Below are positions 13,736 to 25,984 of a stretch of 64,000 bases of DNA, piece after piece. This DNA comes from Eledone cirrhosa (taxonomy: Eukaryota): assembly GCA_964016885.1 (NCBI GenBank), contig OZ024741.1:47740001-47804000 (forward strand), written 5' to 3'. How positions within the stretch are numbered: position 1 is the first letter of the stretch; every line of letters starts with the position of its first letter. Made by a program: the position numbers and the translations under genes. The notes under the pieces are model-generated. The model did not search any database. It was not told the DNA's origin and saw only the letters and a list, made by a program, of their open reading frames with translations.

Positions 13736-13799
13736 CATAATTGTTAAACTCCCACAGTATTAAAAAGTTCATTTTCTAGGTATAAAAAAATGCCTGATT

Positions 13800-14900
13800 G
13801 TCAACGACAGTCTCATTTATCATAAGACTAGATTCTTCATTCTGGAACTTTTTCATTCTCACATTTCATACACAACACTCATGAAAGTTCAGCAAACTCC
13901 CTGGAAAAGGGTTTGTTATTTGGTGGCCATATATTTCACACTATGTGTATCACTTTGTTGGAATTTGTGGGGGGGGCTGAACAAAACGATTTCATGGCAG
14001 AGAGTTTATATTAATTGGGGGTCAGACATTCCGAAAATTGGTCCATTGTTAATCACAGTTAATGCCTACAACACATGGATTAAGGCCTGTCAAATTAAGG
14101 ATCACTCATTAAAAATGATGAAAGGTAATTTGATGCTAATATTCTCATGATTTGGAGTTCTGGAATGTTTAGTTTAAATAATAATGAAATATTGTGTACA
14201 GTGCTCAGGTGCACTACAACTCATCAAAAAATGCATGTATAGTACATAGGGTAATGTACAAACGTCAGGAAACTGAACAGTGCATGAGTTATGATATACA
14301 CATGTGTGCATGTGTATGGGAGGGGTACATCAGGTGTAGTTTTGGCGTATCTCGGGAAGCATGAGTGTCTTAAAGGATGCAGTGTCTCAGCAGCTAACAA
14401 CTGACGCAGGCAGTTTGTTCCATGCTTCAGCAACTCTGAGCGTGAAAAAATGTCTACGAAAGTCATGGGAGCTGTGCTGTTTTCTGATTTTGTAGGCATG
14501 TCTACGTGTATTAGACACATGGAGATCAAAAAGGTGCTCAGAGTTGTTGTTGGCAAGATGGTTAATAACTTTGTGGATGTTTACCAAGTCCATTGCCAGA
14601 CGTCGGAGCTTCAATGAATCCATGCCCAGGGAAGCAAGGCGTTCAGAGTATGGTAGGTGTCTGATGGAGGGTATGCGCTTGGTTGCACGTCTCTGAACAG
14701 TTTCCAGGAGGCTCACAATAAACTAGAATTTGTTCATCTCATTAAATGATTGAGTTAAATGGGATGTTAAGAAGATTGAAATACCCGCATATAAACAGTC
14801 ACCAAACAGAGCAGCTGAAAGAACAGTTCAAACCATAAAGTCTGCTCTTAGTATAATACCAATTTGATTACTATCTGCACAAGATATTCAATCAAAGGTC
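13800..14900 (+). pseudogene. Degenerate retroviral-type integrase (Gypsy or Ginger), split by a CR1 fragment
   Basis: SWQRVYINWG..LLITVNAYNTWIKA and IFS*FGVLECLV before 14177; PAYKQSPNRAAERTVQTIKSAL after 14713, resembling the rve core. Confidence 0.6.
14177..14712 (-). mobile_element. CR1 LINE 3' fragment
   Basis: LLETVQRRATKRIP...RHFFTLRVAEAWNKLP; near-identical to the 3' end of the CR1 at 47471-52558; (att)n tail. Confidence 0.9.
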
Positions 14901-15119
14901 TGCTTCCAGAAGATGCACCCTTTACACCCTTAAAGCCATAAACTTTTCAGCACCTCCTTGTTACATCGTACAACTGACATTAACTGAACAATTGTCATGA
15001 AAATGAGATATCACACTTACCTCTCACCAAGCATGTTGTTCCAAATTAAAAAAAAATCTGTCACCTTCTATGTTCTCCAAAGGATGAAAATAATGTAAAT
15101 GGTCATGAAACAGTTATTG

Positions 15120-15760
15120 ATGAAGAAGATAATGCCCCTCTCTCTGTCGAAAACAGCCCCTGGTGCCTTGCTCATGTGCAGAGTTATAATTAGTAGACTG
15201 CTACTTTCCATGTTTTGCCTCCTCGAGGAAGCAATGCTGGAATGACCTCTCCAGGGCACAGGCCTGAACAGGGTTTATGGGAGATCAGTAGTTACCCATG
15301 CAGCATGTCTCCCCTTTCCACGTTACCAATGTTGTCCGAGGGAAGGGCAGAGGCCAATACAACTTGGCATCGGTTGGGCCACAGGAGTTGCCAGAATGAG
15401 GTTGGATAAAACATTGAACTGCCTTAGGGAGTCAGGCTCTGGATTTACTATTGAAGCCTTTCCCATAAGTGGGGATAGCTGCAAGGCAGTGGAAGTTTAA
15501 TTTCAGAGTCTGCCTTCTCTTAGATGCACTAACATCCTAGGGAGACAAGTTCCATCTACCCGAAGAACTGGTTTGAAGGTGCCAGAACCAGCATATGTCC
15601 CTTCTATCAGTAGGGACAGTTCTGCTTGGCTTGCTACACAAGAAGGCCAGGAATTGGACTTGGTTGTCAGAGGTTATTTGAGGCGCATACCATTAGGGGC
15701 ATTTTTTAAGCAGTGTGAGCTCATCCACATTTCCACTCCTCGGCCTATCAACCTTGCAAC
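15120..15760 (-). mobile_element. Probable non-autonomous RTE-derived element
   Basis: GC-richer island resembling RTE/BovB-type UTR sequence; no ORF support. Confidence 0.3.
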
Positions 15761-15980
15761 TATTTACTACTATAATTAAATATTATTTTGTATGCTTCAT
15801 TGAGAGGTCATATACAGGAGTTCAGATTACTAGCATAGATAATTTTCTTCTGTGATTAGGATTTTCCTATGAGAAATGCAGCCTATGGACTCCAGTATGC
15901 ATGGTAGATTTTTGAGAATTATTTTAGGAAAAAAAAAATAGTGTCTTCAATGCTGGGAAATACTATATATATATATATAT

Positions 15981-16755
15981 CATCATCACCAGCATCACCG
16001 TTTTACGTCCAATCTTCCACGCTAGCATGGGTTAGATGGGTTGTCTGGTTGTTGGCAGTGTCCAGTCGGCTGACCTTGTCTTACTCATACGGGAACTGAT
16101 TGTGGCTTGATTTCTACAGCTGGATGCCCTTCCTAATACCAACCTCATTTACAGTGTGGGCTGGGTGCTTTTTTCCCATGGCACCTCCACTACATATATA
16201 TGATAATAATAATAATAATAATAATAAATGGCAACAAAGAATCAGTATTACATCATATATATATTTAATTACATATTACATATGTCTCACTGCTGATCAG
16301 CTCGAGGAACGATCAAATAATGTTCAATCCTGACTCTGAAATTGGGAGCTCCTCAGATATGTGTTCTCACATGTTAACGCACGATCAAGTGCTCATCTTG
16401 GCATATCGCCTATGAACGCAATTCTATTGCACCTCTACTACTAAGCTGAAGCTGAAGCATATATACAATATGCCCCCACCCCTCCCACTGCAACGTGGTC
16501 GTGGAGGTGCCACAGTAAAAAAGCACTCAGCCCACACTGCAAAGTGGACGTGTAGGCGCCACGGAAAAAAAGGACCCAGCACTCACTGTAAATGAGGTTG
16601 GTGTTAGGAAGGGCATCCAGCTGTAGAAATCAAGCCAGAATCAGTTCCCGTATGAGCAAGACATGGTCAGCCGACCGGCTACTGCCCACAACAGGACAAC
16701 CCGTCAAACCTATGCTAGAGTGGAAGAACGGACGTAAAACGGTGATGATGATGAT
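15981..16755. mobile_element. Two RTE 3'-UTR/SINE-tail fragments in opposite orientation (15981-16190 minus, 16441-16755 plus)
   Basis: Both carry the ggttggtgttaggaagggcatccagctgtagaaatcaagcc module and a (gat)n tail; 16441-16755 matches the UTR of the RTE at 41449-41760. Confidence 0.7.
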
Positions 16756-17111
16756 ATATATATATGTATATATATATATATATGGCATACGTCAAAACGG
16801 CCGGTCTCAAAAGTGAAACTAATTTTTGACAGTACACGTTATAAGAGTTATTTAAATTTATATATATAAAATAAAGGAGCAAATATGAAGTCAGTCATGT
16901 GTGTGTGTGTGTAAACGAATGTAAAAGAATATATGTAGGGCATAGATAAGGTTTCCTAGAATTTTACACACACACACATATATACACACACACGTGTATA
17001 TTATAGTGTGTATGTGTGCATATATAAGTGTATATGTGTGTGTACTTTTACATTCGTTTACACACACACACACATATACACACACACATGACTGACTTCA
17101 TATCATGCTCT

Positions 17112-17513
17112 TGTAGTGACCTACATTCCGCGGGCTCACATGCATTCTCTGTGCGTGATTTCGCTCAGCTCAGCCAATCAGCGCCAGTAGAAGAGGATGT
17201 ATCCCTACGCGTCCTGAGAGAGAAATTACCCGCGAAGATTTGAAGAAAATCTCTCTCTCGCACCTGGGACTTTGAACCAGCAACACGTACATGTGACGGT
17301 GAGATTTTGCACCTTAACCTGCCGACTTTCCGGCGCAATGACACATTCCCTTTTGTAACCTCATTTTTTATGTGTAACTTCAATCATACAAGTTAACCAA
17401 CATTATTTGTGCTACAACAAAAATAAACATACATTTCATCTCTAATTTCTGCTGTTGACATCATTATTATGTTACTCGTGTCTCAATAACATTTAATTTA
17501 CCATGCTGCTAAA
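17112..17513 (+). repeat. 5' LTR
   Basis: Starts TGTAGTGACC, ends catgctgctaaa; about 5 differences from the 3' LTR by eye. Confidence 0.92.
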
Positions 17514-17514
17514 T

Positions 17515-17530
17515 TGGTGACCCCTCGACG
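17515..17530 (+). promoter_or_regulatory. Primer-binding site, tRNA-Trp-like
   Basis: TGGTGACCCC(TC)GACG just after the LTR; complementary to the ...CGUCGGGGUCACCA 3' end of animal tRNA-Trp. Confidence 0.65.
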
Positions 17531-17878
17531 ATTAAGTATGAAAACGCAGCCTATTTGAATTCGCCATTCGTTTTAACGGCAATGTGGAGTGGCTTAACAT
17601 TTGGAATGTTCGAATCGGGTAGCTAGACTCACTTAGCGTAAGTCCATAAAATTCATAATATTCCATTTGGTGAAGCACGCGGTCTGCACAATATTTCTGT
17701 CATAACTTTCATGGAAAATGATTTTTTTTTTTTTTTAATCAAATTTTCTTTAGAATTTTTTTTTTAAAGAAAAAAAATTAGCAGTATTTCAAAACGGCTA
17801 CCACCAAGTACCAGCCATCAGCAGCAACACCTGGCTAACTATTAACCAACACCAAAAATTCATCAAATACGTGGCACC

Positions 17879-19240
17879 ATGAGTCAACATCATTTGCCGT
17901 CCTTCGCAGGCGACATCAAGTTGTGGTTTGCGCAGCTGGAATGTTTCTTTGAATTAACACAGACAAAAGAACAGCATAAACTGAAGGTCCTGATCAATGG
18001 CCTACCTGTTTCCTTGGCATTCTCGGTGAAGGACGTTGTGACGGATTTGGACGCCGACGTTACCTACGGCTCATTAAAAAACGAAATTCTTCGTCGAAAT
18101 ACCAAGTCGGTAGAGAGTCGTTTTCAGGAGTTGTTGGACGATGCTCAAATGGGTGACAGGAAGCCGAGCTCCTATTTGCGGGAGTTGAGCGACTCCCAGG
18201 GGATTGACACCCCCTTCATAAAGCAGCTCTTTTTCTCACGTTTACCGCCAAGTGCGCAAAGGATTTTGGTTAATAGTTTGGAGAGGGAGTCGTTAGAGCA
18301 ACTTGCCGCGTCCGCGGATAGAATACTTGAGGTGGACTCGAACAGCAATCGGCATAATCCTTATATGGCTTCAGCTTGCGTCTCCCCACGCAATTCTTCT
18401 GTGGCCGACAGCAAGCTGTTGGAGTTGATTGAAGCTCTCACCAAAAAGGTAGAAGATTTGACTGTACAACATAGAGAGCCTTCTCAACGTTTAAGGTACC
18501 GTTCGCCTCCGTCTGCTATTCCTCGAAACCGCTACGAGTACCGTTCGCCACCGTCTTCTGTTCCTCGCCAACACTACACTTCAGGCAGCAGTAATTCTTC
18601 GATTTGTTGGTATCATGTTAACTTTGGCAGTCGGGCGCCTTGCAACTATAGGAGTTCCGAAAAACGCCAATCAGAGCCACTAGGGGCGACTAGTGAACTC
18701 TGGGAAACTCGACCAAACCGTCATCTTTTTGTGTACGATCTGCAGTCAAAAAAAATTTTTCTTGTCGACACTGGCGCGTCACTAAGTATTTGGCCAGTCA
18801 GTTATCTTAAAAGAACCCCATCTGAATCAAATATCAATTTACGAGCAATCAACAACACGGCCATTCGAACGTACGGGCAAATTTCGCTTCCTCTTCGGTT
18901 TAAAAATTTCCGTCGTGAATTGAAGTGGAAGTTTACTATCGCCGACTTGCCATACGCCATTTTGAGAGCGGATTTCCTCCACCATTTTTCCTTGTCGATT
19001 GACATCTGCAGACAACGACTTTTTGATGCTAATACAGGCCTATCGTTCGAGGGTTCAAAGCCGGAGATCGCCACAGTAAGCCCTGCTTTTTTTTTCTTGG
19101 CTGAAGTGAGCAACCAGTATCACAGTTTGTTAAAATCATTCCCACAGCTGACGCAAGGAAGATTACGAATTGCTAGTCCGGATCATGTGATTGAACACTT
19201 TATATCCACTACAGGTCCACCTGTTTTCTCACGTCCTTGA
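17879..19240 (+). CDS. Gypsy gag plus aspartic protease (fused in this copy; premature TGA at the end)
   Basis: WFAQLE gag motif, GDRKPS, degenerate knuckle CWYH..FG, protease FLVDTGASLS; TGA in the RP*RL context is probably a decayed CGA. Confidence 0.85.
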   Translation: MSQHHLPSFAGDIKLWFAQLECFFELTQTKEQHKLKVLINGLPVSLAFSVKDVVTDLDADVTYGSLKNEILRRNTKSVESRFQELLDDAQMGDRKPSSYLRELSDSQGIDTPFIKQLFFSRLPPSAQRILVNSLERESLEQLAASADRILEVDSNSNRHNPYMASACVSPRNSSVADSKLLELIEALTKKVEDLTVQHREPSQRLRYRSPPSAIPRNRYEYRSPPSSVPRQHYTSGSSNSSICWYHVNFGSRAPCNYRSSEKRQSEPLGATSELWETRPNRHLFVYDLQSKKIFLVDTGASLSIWPVSYLKRTPSESNINLRAINNTAIRTYGQISLPLRFKNFRRELKWKFTIADLPYAILRADFLHHFSLSIDICRQRLFDANTGLSFEGSKPEIATVSPAFFFLAEVSNQYHSLLKSFPQLTQGRLRIASPDHVIEHFISTTGPPVFSRP

Positions 19241-19258
19241 AGATTATCTGCAGAGAAA

Positions 19259-21807
19259 TTGAAAGCTGCACGTCTTGAATTCGACCACATGCTGGAATTA
19301 GGAATAATTCGGTGTTCCACAAGTCCTTGGGCATCGCCTCTGGATATGGTACTTAAATCTTCTGGTGATTGGAGACCGACGGGTGACTACCGACGCTTAA
19401 ACGCGATTACTGTGCCTGACCGTTATCCAATCCCACATTTACAGGATTTTGCATCGTCATTGCAGGGTTGCAGAATCTTTTCTAAGCTTGATTTGATCCG
19501 CGCTTATAATCAAATTCCGGTTAAAAAGGAGGATATTCCAAAGACTGCTATTGCCACTCATTTCGGATCATTTGTGTTCCTCACTATGCCTTTCGGACTT
19601 AGAAATGCTGCAAGTACTTTCCAACGATTCATGGATGATGTCACTCGTGGTCTCGATTTTGTTTACACGTATATCGATGATGTACTGATTGCTAGTTCTT
19701 CTCCTGAACAACATTCCAAACATTTGGATATCTTATTTCGGCGGTTACAGAAATATAATGTTCGTGTTAATGCCGCTAAGTGTGTTTTCGGCTCGACATC
19801 GCTAACATTTTTGGGCCATCTTATTGATGCTGATGGTATTCGGCCCCTTCCGGAAAAAGTTAAGGCAATCTTGGATTTGCCTCCGCCAAGTTCGCTTCGA
19901 CAATTACGGCAATTCTTGGGCCTTGTGAATTTTTATAGGCGATTCGTGCCTAATTGTTCCAGCTTACTGTCCTCGTTGACAGACATTTTAAAAAACTTTC
20001 GACAGAAGAATATGAACATTTCATTAAATGCAACGCACCTGGCGGATTTTGAGAAAGTGAAGAAAGCGTTAGCGACTGCATCTTTGCTCGCCCACCCTAT
20101 GCCCAACGCCGAGCTGTCGCTCTGTGTTGATGCTTCGGATAGCGCCGTGGGCGCAGTCTTACAGCAGAAGTGTGAGGGGTTACAGCAACCACTCGAGTTC
20201 TTTTCGAGAAAGTTAAAGCCTGCCGAAACTCGCTATAGCACCTTTGGCAGGGAGCTATTAGCAATTTATTTATCAGTGAAACATTTTGCTCATGTACTTG
20301 AAGGTAGAATGTTCACTATTTTCACTGATCATAAACCTTTGACGTTTGCTCAAGCAAACAAATACTCGCCCAGAGAAACGAGACATCTGGACTTCATCTC
20401 ACAGTTCACGAACGACATTCAACATATTCCGGGTTCTTTGAATACAGCGGCCGATGCGCTGTCTCGCCTGCCGATCGCATCGATTTCGTCTTCCGAGGAG
20501 ATAGATTTACATCGAATGGCAGCTGCTCAACCCACTCTCGAATCGTTGGATGTTACATCGCCAGAGTTTGTACATTGCAAACTGAAATACATTCCGATCT
20601 CAACGGCTGACGGACAAATACTGTGTGATGTTTCGTTGGACTCACCACCACCTCTAGTCCCAGTGGAACATCGACGAACTGTGTTTCTTGCTTTACATGG
20701 CATTTCTCACCCTGGAGTATCAGCCTCAGTAAAACTCATAACAGCCAGATTTTTCTGGCCTGATATGAGACGTGACATTGTTGTTTGGTGCCGTTCCTGT
20801 GTCGCTTGCCAAAAGTCAAAAGTTCATAAGCACGTTAAAACTCCTCTCGGAACTTTCACCTGTCCTGATGCCAGATTTCGTCACATTCATGTGGACATCG
20901 TCGGCCCGTGGCCAATTAGTCGTGGTTATTCGTATATTTTGACGATCGTTGACCGTTTTTCGCGTTGGCCTGAAGCCATCCCTATGACAGATATCACTGC
21001 TGAAACGACAGCGCGTACTCTCGTATCCGCATCGATCGCTCGTTTTGGAGTACCAACCACAATAACAACAGACCGCGGTCGTCAATTTGAATCAAACCTC
21101 TTCCGTGAATTAACACAAATTATTGGCGCCATTCGCATAAGAACCACGGCATATCATCCAGCATCAAACGGAATGGTGGAAAGATTCCACAGGCAACTCA
21201 AAGCCTCCTTAAGGGCTTCCATGAACTCTTCACGTTGGAGCGAGAACCTACCTATTGTGTTGTTGGGTATTCGGTCGACGGTAAAGGTGGACCTTGGGTT
21301 CTCCTCTGCCGAATTAGTTTATGGTACTCCTCTGGCGTTACCGGGGCAAATGCTGGCCCCTTTGACCTGACTTCGCAGGACCCCGCTTCATACGTGTCCC
21401 GGCTTCACTCTTATTTCAAGGATCTACCACCGATGGGCACTAGGAAGCAGACTGTAAAAACTGCCGTCCCAAGGGATATTGCCTTGTGGACACATGTGTT
21501 CGTTAGAGACGACGCCGTGCAACCCCCTCTTCGACGGCCGTACTCTGGACCCTATCGTGTGCTTGCTCGAACAGACAAACATTTCACACTGGACATTCGG
21601 GGTTCCAGGGAAACGGTTTCCGTTGATCGTCTCAAACGAGCAAACCTGGACAATGACACAATGACACTTGAAACTCAAATGCCCCCTTCTTTTTCTTTGC
21701 CACATTCGCCTATTTCTCCCCCCCCCTCCCAATCAACATACAGAACTACGACCCGTTCTGGGCGAAGGGTGCATTGGCCTCGTAAGCTATGCAGTAATAT
21801 AAACTGA
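19259..21807 (+). CDS. Gypsy pol (RT, RNase H, integrase) with a frameshift near 21355
   Basis: [64 protein letters not shown], and GPY motif RPYSGPYRV in the next frame. Confidence 0.92.
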
Positions 21808-22166
21808 ATTGTATTCTTTTCTTCTTCCAATTGTTTTTGCTGTATATTTCATTGTGTTGCTTTTTGATTCTTGACTGCCTACGGCAGTATCAATATATGT
21901 TATTTTTCGTAACATTACGACTGTTGTCAATTTTGACACAGTCCATCTTTTTTAGTGCATTTTTATAGCTATGCTACATGTGGCATTTTCAATGCCTAGC
22001 AAAAAAATTATTTGTGTTTATCGCATTTGGGGCCCCTTTATTGCGAAGAGTGTTACCTTTTCATGCATTTTGCATCTTTTGCTGTACATTTTTTTCTTTC
22101 TGTGTTAATGCTTGCAGACATGAACCTTTTTCTTGCTGATTCAATAATCTGTATCGACTTCCGTCT

Positions 22167-22176
22167 AGAAGGGGGG
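22167..22176 (+). promoter_or_regulatory. Polypurine tract
   Basis: agaagggggg 3 nt upstream of the 3' LTR. Confidence 0.8.
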
Positions 22177-22179
22177 TAT

Positions 22180-22582
22180 TGTAGTGACCTACATTCCACG
22201 GGCTCACATGCATTCTCTGTGCGTGATTTGGCTCAGCTCAGCCAATCAGCGCCAGCAGAAGAGGATGTATCCCTACGCGTCCTGAGAGAGAAATTACCCG
22301 CGAAGATTTGAAGAAAATCTCTCTCTCGCACCTGGGACTTTGAACCAGCAACACGTACATGTGACGGTGAGATTTTGCACCTTAACCTGCCGACTTTCCG
22401 GCGCAATGACACATTCCCTTTTGTAACCTCAATTTTTTATGTGTAACTTCAATCATACAAGTTAACCAACATTATTTGTGCTACAACAAAAATAAACATA
22501 CATTTCATCTCTAATTTCTGCTGTTGACATCATTATTATGTTACTCGTGTCTCAATAACATTTAATTTACCATGCTGCTAGA
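22180..22582 (+). repeat. 3' LTR
   Basis: Direct repeat of 17112-17513; ends catgctgctaga|CTCT. Confidence 0.92.
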
Positions 22583-23119
22583 CTCTTATTTGCTCCTTTA
22601 TTTTATATATATAAATTTAAATAACTCTTATAACGTGTACGTAACTGTCAAAAATTAGTTTCACTTTTGAGACCGGCCGTTTTGACGTATGCCTATATAT
22701 ATATCGAGAATGATACTTTCTTTATACTATTACACTCCCTTACCTCTTTTTCTTCCGCATATAAGTGTACGTGCGTGTGTGTGTGTTTATACGCGTGCCT
22801 TCATATTCTTATAATGTATCTAATACCCTGTTTTTCTGTGTACCTGCCAAACGGACAATCATGTCTGTCTGTAGTTACAGATACACTTGCCCTAACACAT
22901 ATATTTACGCACACTTTTTCACTATACGTACACATTTGTACATACACACATATGTACATCTGTGAGCGTATATACATACATACATATACACACACCTAAC
23001 TATATTTATTGAAAGATTTTTATATATTTCATATGGCTAATGTAATTCCTTTATCTATATTTAGATAATTTTTTTTGCTTTTCTTGATGAGACTTACCAA
23101 GTATTTAGCCATGTTTTAT

Positions 23120-23197
23120 ATTGCCTCGTCTGACGAACGAATGAAGACGTTTCTTTCGTATTCGCCTCATTTGGGAAACCTCTGGTAATGAGGTAAT
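23120..23197 (+). ncRNA. Type I hammerhead ribozyme (Penelope/retrozyme-type)
   Basis: Stem I attgcctcgt/atgaggtaat, core CTGACGA, stem II cgaatga/tcatttg, GAAAC-ctctg-GTA cleavage triplet; imperfect closing pair of stem II. Confidence 0.6.
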
Positions 23198-23296
23198 TAT
23201 ATTGTATTGATTTTTATACATTAAATGTTGCTCTGGTACTTACATAGAGCACTCTTCACTTCTATGACCTTTTCTGTTTTCAACGGAAATTTCAAT

Positions 23297-23334
<38 letters not shown>

Positions 23335-23792
23335 GAATGAAGTATTTCCGTCGGGAAGGTACAGGAAAAAAGAGTGCTCTATGTAGGCTACGGAGCTTAT
23401 TAGTTATGTAATAAACAACATAAGATAATTATTTCATTTATTTGAAAATAAAATTTAGGAAATATGAAAGTGAGGCTGAAAAAAACGGGCGAAAAGGAAA
23501 TAGGGGGAAAAAAATATATATATATAAGAATAAAAATATAAATATCCAGAACGTAAACATACACACAATCAACTACGTGCATAGACTAAAAAGTATGTAG
23601 ACATAAACTCACACAAACGTATTAGCGTCTACAAAGAAATATGGACAGGAACATAAATACATACACATACATATACAAAAATACATACACATACATATAC
23701 ACAGATATATACACTCAAATTTGGGAAGTAGTAAGCAAGCAGAAATAACTAAATAAAAAATATAAATAAGAGCAAAAAAAAATATATATATA

Positions 23793-24143
23793 TGGCCTTG
23801 CAATCGAAAGGTTGTGAGTTCAATTCTCAGACCGGGTGATGTGTTGTTTCCTTGAGCAAGACACTTTATTTCACATTGGTCCAGTTTACTCAGCTGTAGA
23901 AATGAGATGATAGGGACTGGGGTCCCTATCATTCCACTGCAAAGTGGACGTGGAGGTGCCACAGCAAAAAAGCACCCAGCCCACACTGTAAAGTGGACGT
24001 GTAGGCGCCACAAAAAAAAAAGCACCCAGCACTCACTGTAAAATGAGGTTGGTGTTAGGAAGGGCATCCAGCTGTAGAAATCAAGCTAGAATCAGTTCCT
24101 GTCCCACCCTTGCAAGCAGGGAAAAGCGGACGTAAAATGATGA
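23793..24143 (+). mobile_element. SINE, 5'-truncated, same family as 202-555
   Basis: Near-identical to 231-540 with extra internal tail modules. Confidence 0.8.
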
Positions 24144-24149
24144 TATATA

Positions 24150-24707
24150 CATATATATAAACAAAATAAAGTAAAGAAGGGGGGGGGGGATATTGACAAC
24201 GATAGGTGTGTGTGTGTGGGGGATAAAAACAACTTAGATATAAACAAATACACAAGATATGTATATACATACATACACACATACATATATACCTATACAC
24301 ACATGCAAATACACACGCATATATGTGTATATATATATAAAATAGATATACGTACACATACACACACATGTGCATGCATATACATATATATACACATATA
24401 TAAACACATATACACACACATATAAACACATACATACATACAAAAACACACATCCACATACAAAATAACCTACAATCAATAAATGAATTTCAAAGGTACA
24501 TAACCCAAGTACATACGTACACATACGGATACACTCACGCATTAAGACATTAACGCATGTATACAAATAAACATATATGTAAGTCCATACACGCATATAT
24601 AAACATATATACAAAAATATATATATACACAAACACATGCATACATAAATACAAATGCATATAACACATATATACATACATATCTATAAATACATATATA
24701 CACACAA

Positions 24708-24772
<65 letters not shown>
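24150..24772. repeat. Compound (TA/CA/TACA)n microsatellite region
   Basis: Directly visible low-complexity tract. Confidence 0.9.
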
Positions 24773-24773
24773 T

Positions 24774-24818
24774 ATACGAGCTGAGGATCCGCTAAGGTGA
24801 AACAATTGTTCTCGGTAT
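24774..24818 (+). ncRNA. Minimal hammerhead ribozyme motif
   Basis: cgag CTGAGGA tcc-gctaa-ggt GAAAC aatt GTT ctcg: stem I cgag/ctcg and palindromic stem III AACAATTGTT, typical of minimal dimer-acting HHRs. Confidence 0.55.
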
Positions 24819-24909
24819 GGTGAACTAACTGTTGTGTAACCACTTCTACCTAACTTGTCCCATGGACTGAGTGCTCTACCACTACGGATATTACCTTCCA
24901 GTGTTCTAC

Positions 24910-24940
<31 letters not shown>

Positions 24941-25984
24941 CTATATATAGAGTTATAAACTCAGTCTTTTACAATTAAATAACTCAAAGAAAGAGATATT
25001 TCTGAGCCGTGAAATACAAATTAATATATGATAAACACTAATACAAGTATATAAGTGTTTGTATTGCAAATGACCAAGTTAGCTAGATTGAAAAATACTA
25101 ATTAAATTAATACAGTTTGCCTGTCTCGATTTAAAATAATAAATCAATAAAAACAAACCCATATTGGCAATAGCCGTGATACCTGGACAAATTTAAATTT
25201 CAAAACTCAAATCTGTTTCGCAACAATAAGTGAAAATTCCATTTCTGTGCTCAGCTATTTAACGAAGGGTTTTAATGAATGAGAAGTTATATCTGGTTAT
25301 TAGAAATGATTATAACAATCATAATAATGAATAAATGTAATAACGAGAATATGAAAAATATAAAGATATAAGAATAATTGATTTGGTTATATATAGTTTA
25401 CTTCATGTGAATCAATTAAAAGGTACAATAAACAAGTTACCATAAGTTGCAAAGATTGACAATATTACTTTGTTGTTGATGTGTAGGCTGTTGTAGTCTG
25501 TTGTTGGTGTGAAAACAGCGAGCGATAGATAATTGTTGTTGTTGTTGTTGTTGGAATTTGGAGACCGTGGTAGTAGTTGTTAGACCGTGTTAGTAAGAGA
25601 AAGAGATAATGTATGTATATCTCTGAATGGTCTGTAGTACTGTGAATGGTCTGTAATAAATGTGAATCTTCCACATTTGTGTTCTGTAGTAACTGGGTTC
25701 CAATCGCTCTGGGTGTATCTGTAGACCATATGGAGTCTGTTGAATAGTGGTGAATCTTTACATAGCTTGTTCTGTAGTGGGGTGCTCCGATGTCTCTGGG
25801 GGTCTATTGATAGCAGTAAATCCTTACATAGCTTGTTATTTGGTGAGGTGCTCCAATGTATCTCCTTGATTGGGATGATAGCATGGCTTTATATAACTAT
25901 CGCTTCCTGTCCCCCTCCTTGAGGGGACAGTCAAAACATCAACCTGTTAACACAATAAATGTGGTTGACCTAGAATTTGATCTT

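Larger units (their letters stand above)
17112..22582 (+). mobile_element. Gypsy/Ty3 LTR retrotransposon, near full-length
   Basis: Two ~402-bp LTRs, 4-bp TSD CTCT (17108-17111 and 22583-22586), PBS, PPT, and gag-PR-RT-RH-IN order. Confidence 0.95.
16784..22693. mobile_element. Foldback/MITE-like palindromic element, interrupted by the Gypsy insertion
   Basis: Left arm ggcatacgtcaaaacggccggtctcaaaagtgaaactaatttttgacag...ggagcaaatatgaagtcagtcatg is the reverse complement of the right arm, which is split at 17111/22583 and ends ...gagaccggccgttttgacgtatgcc; flanked by (TA)n. Confidence 0.8.
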
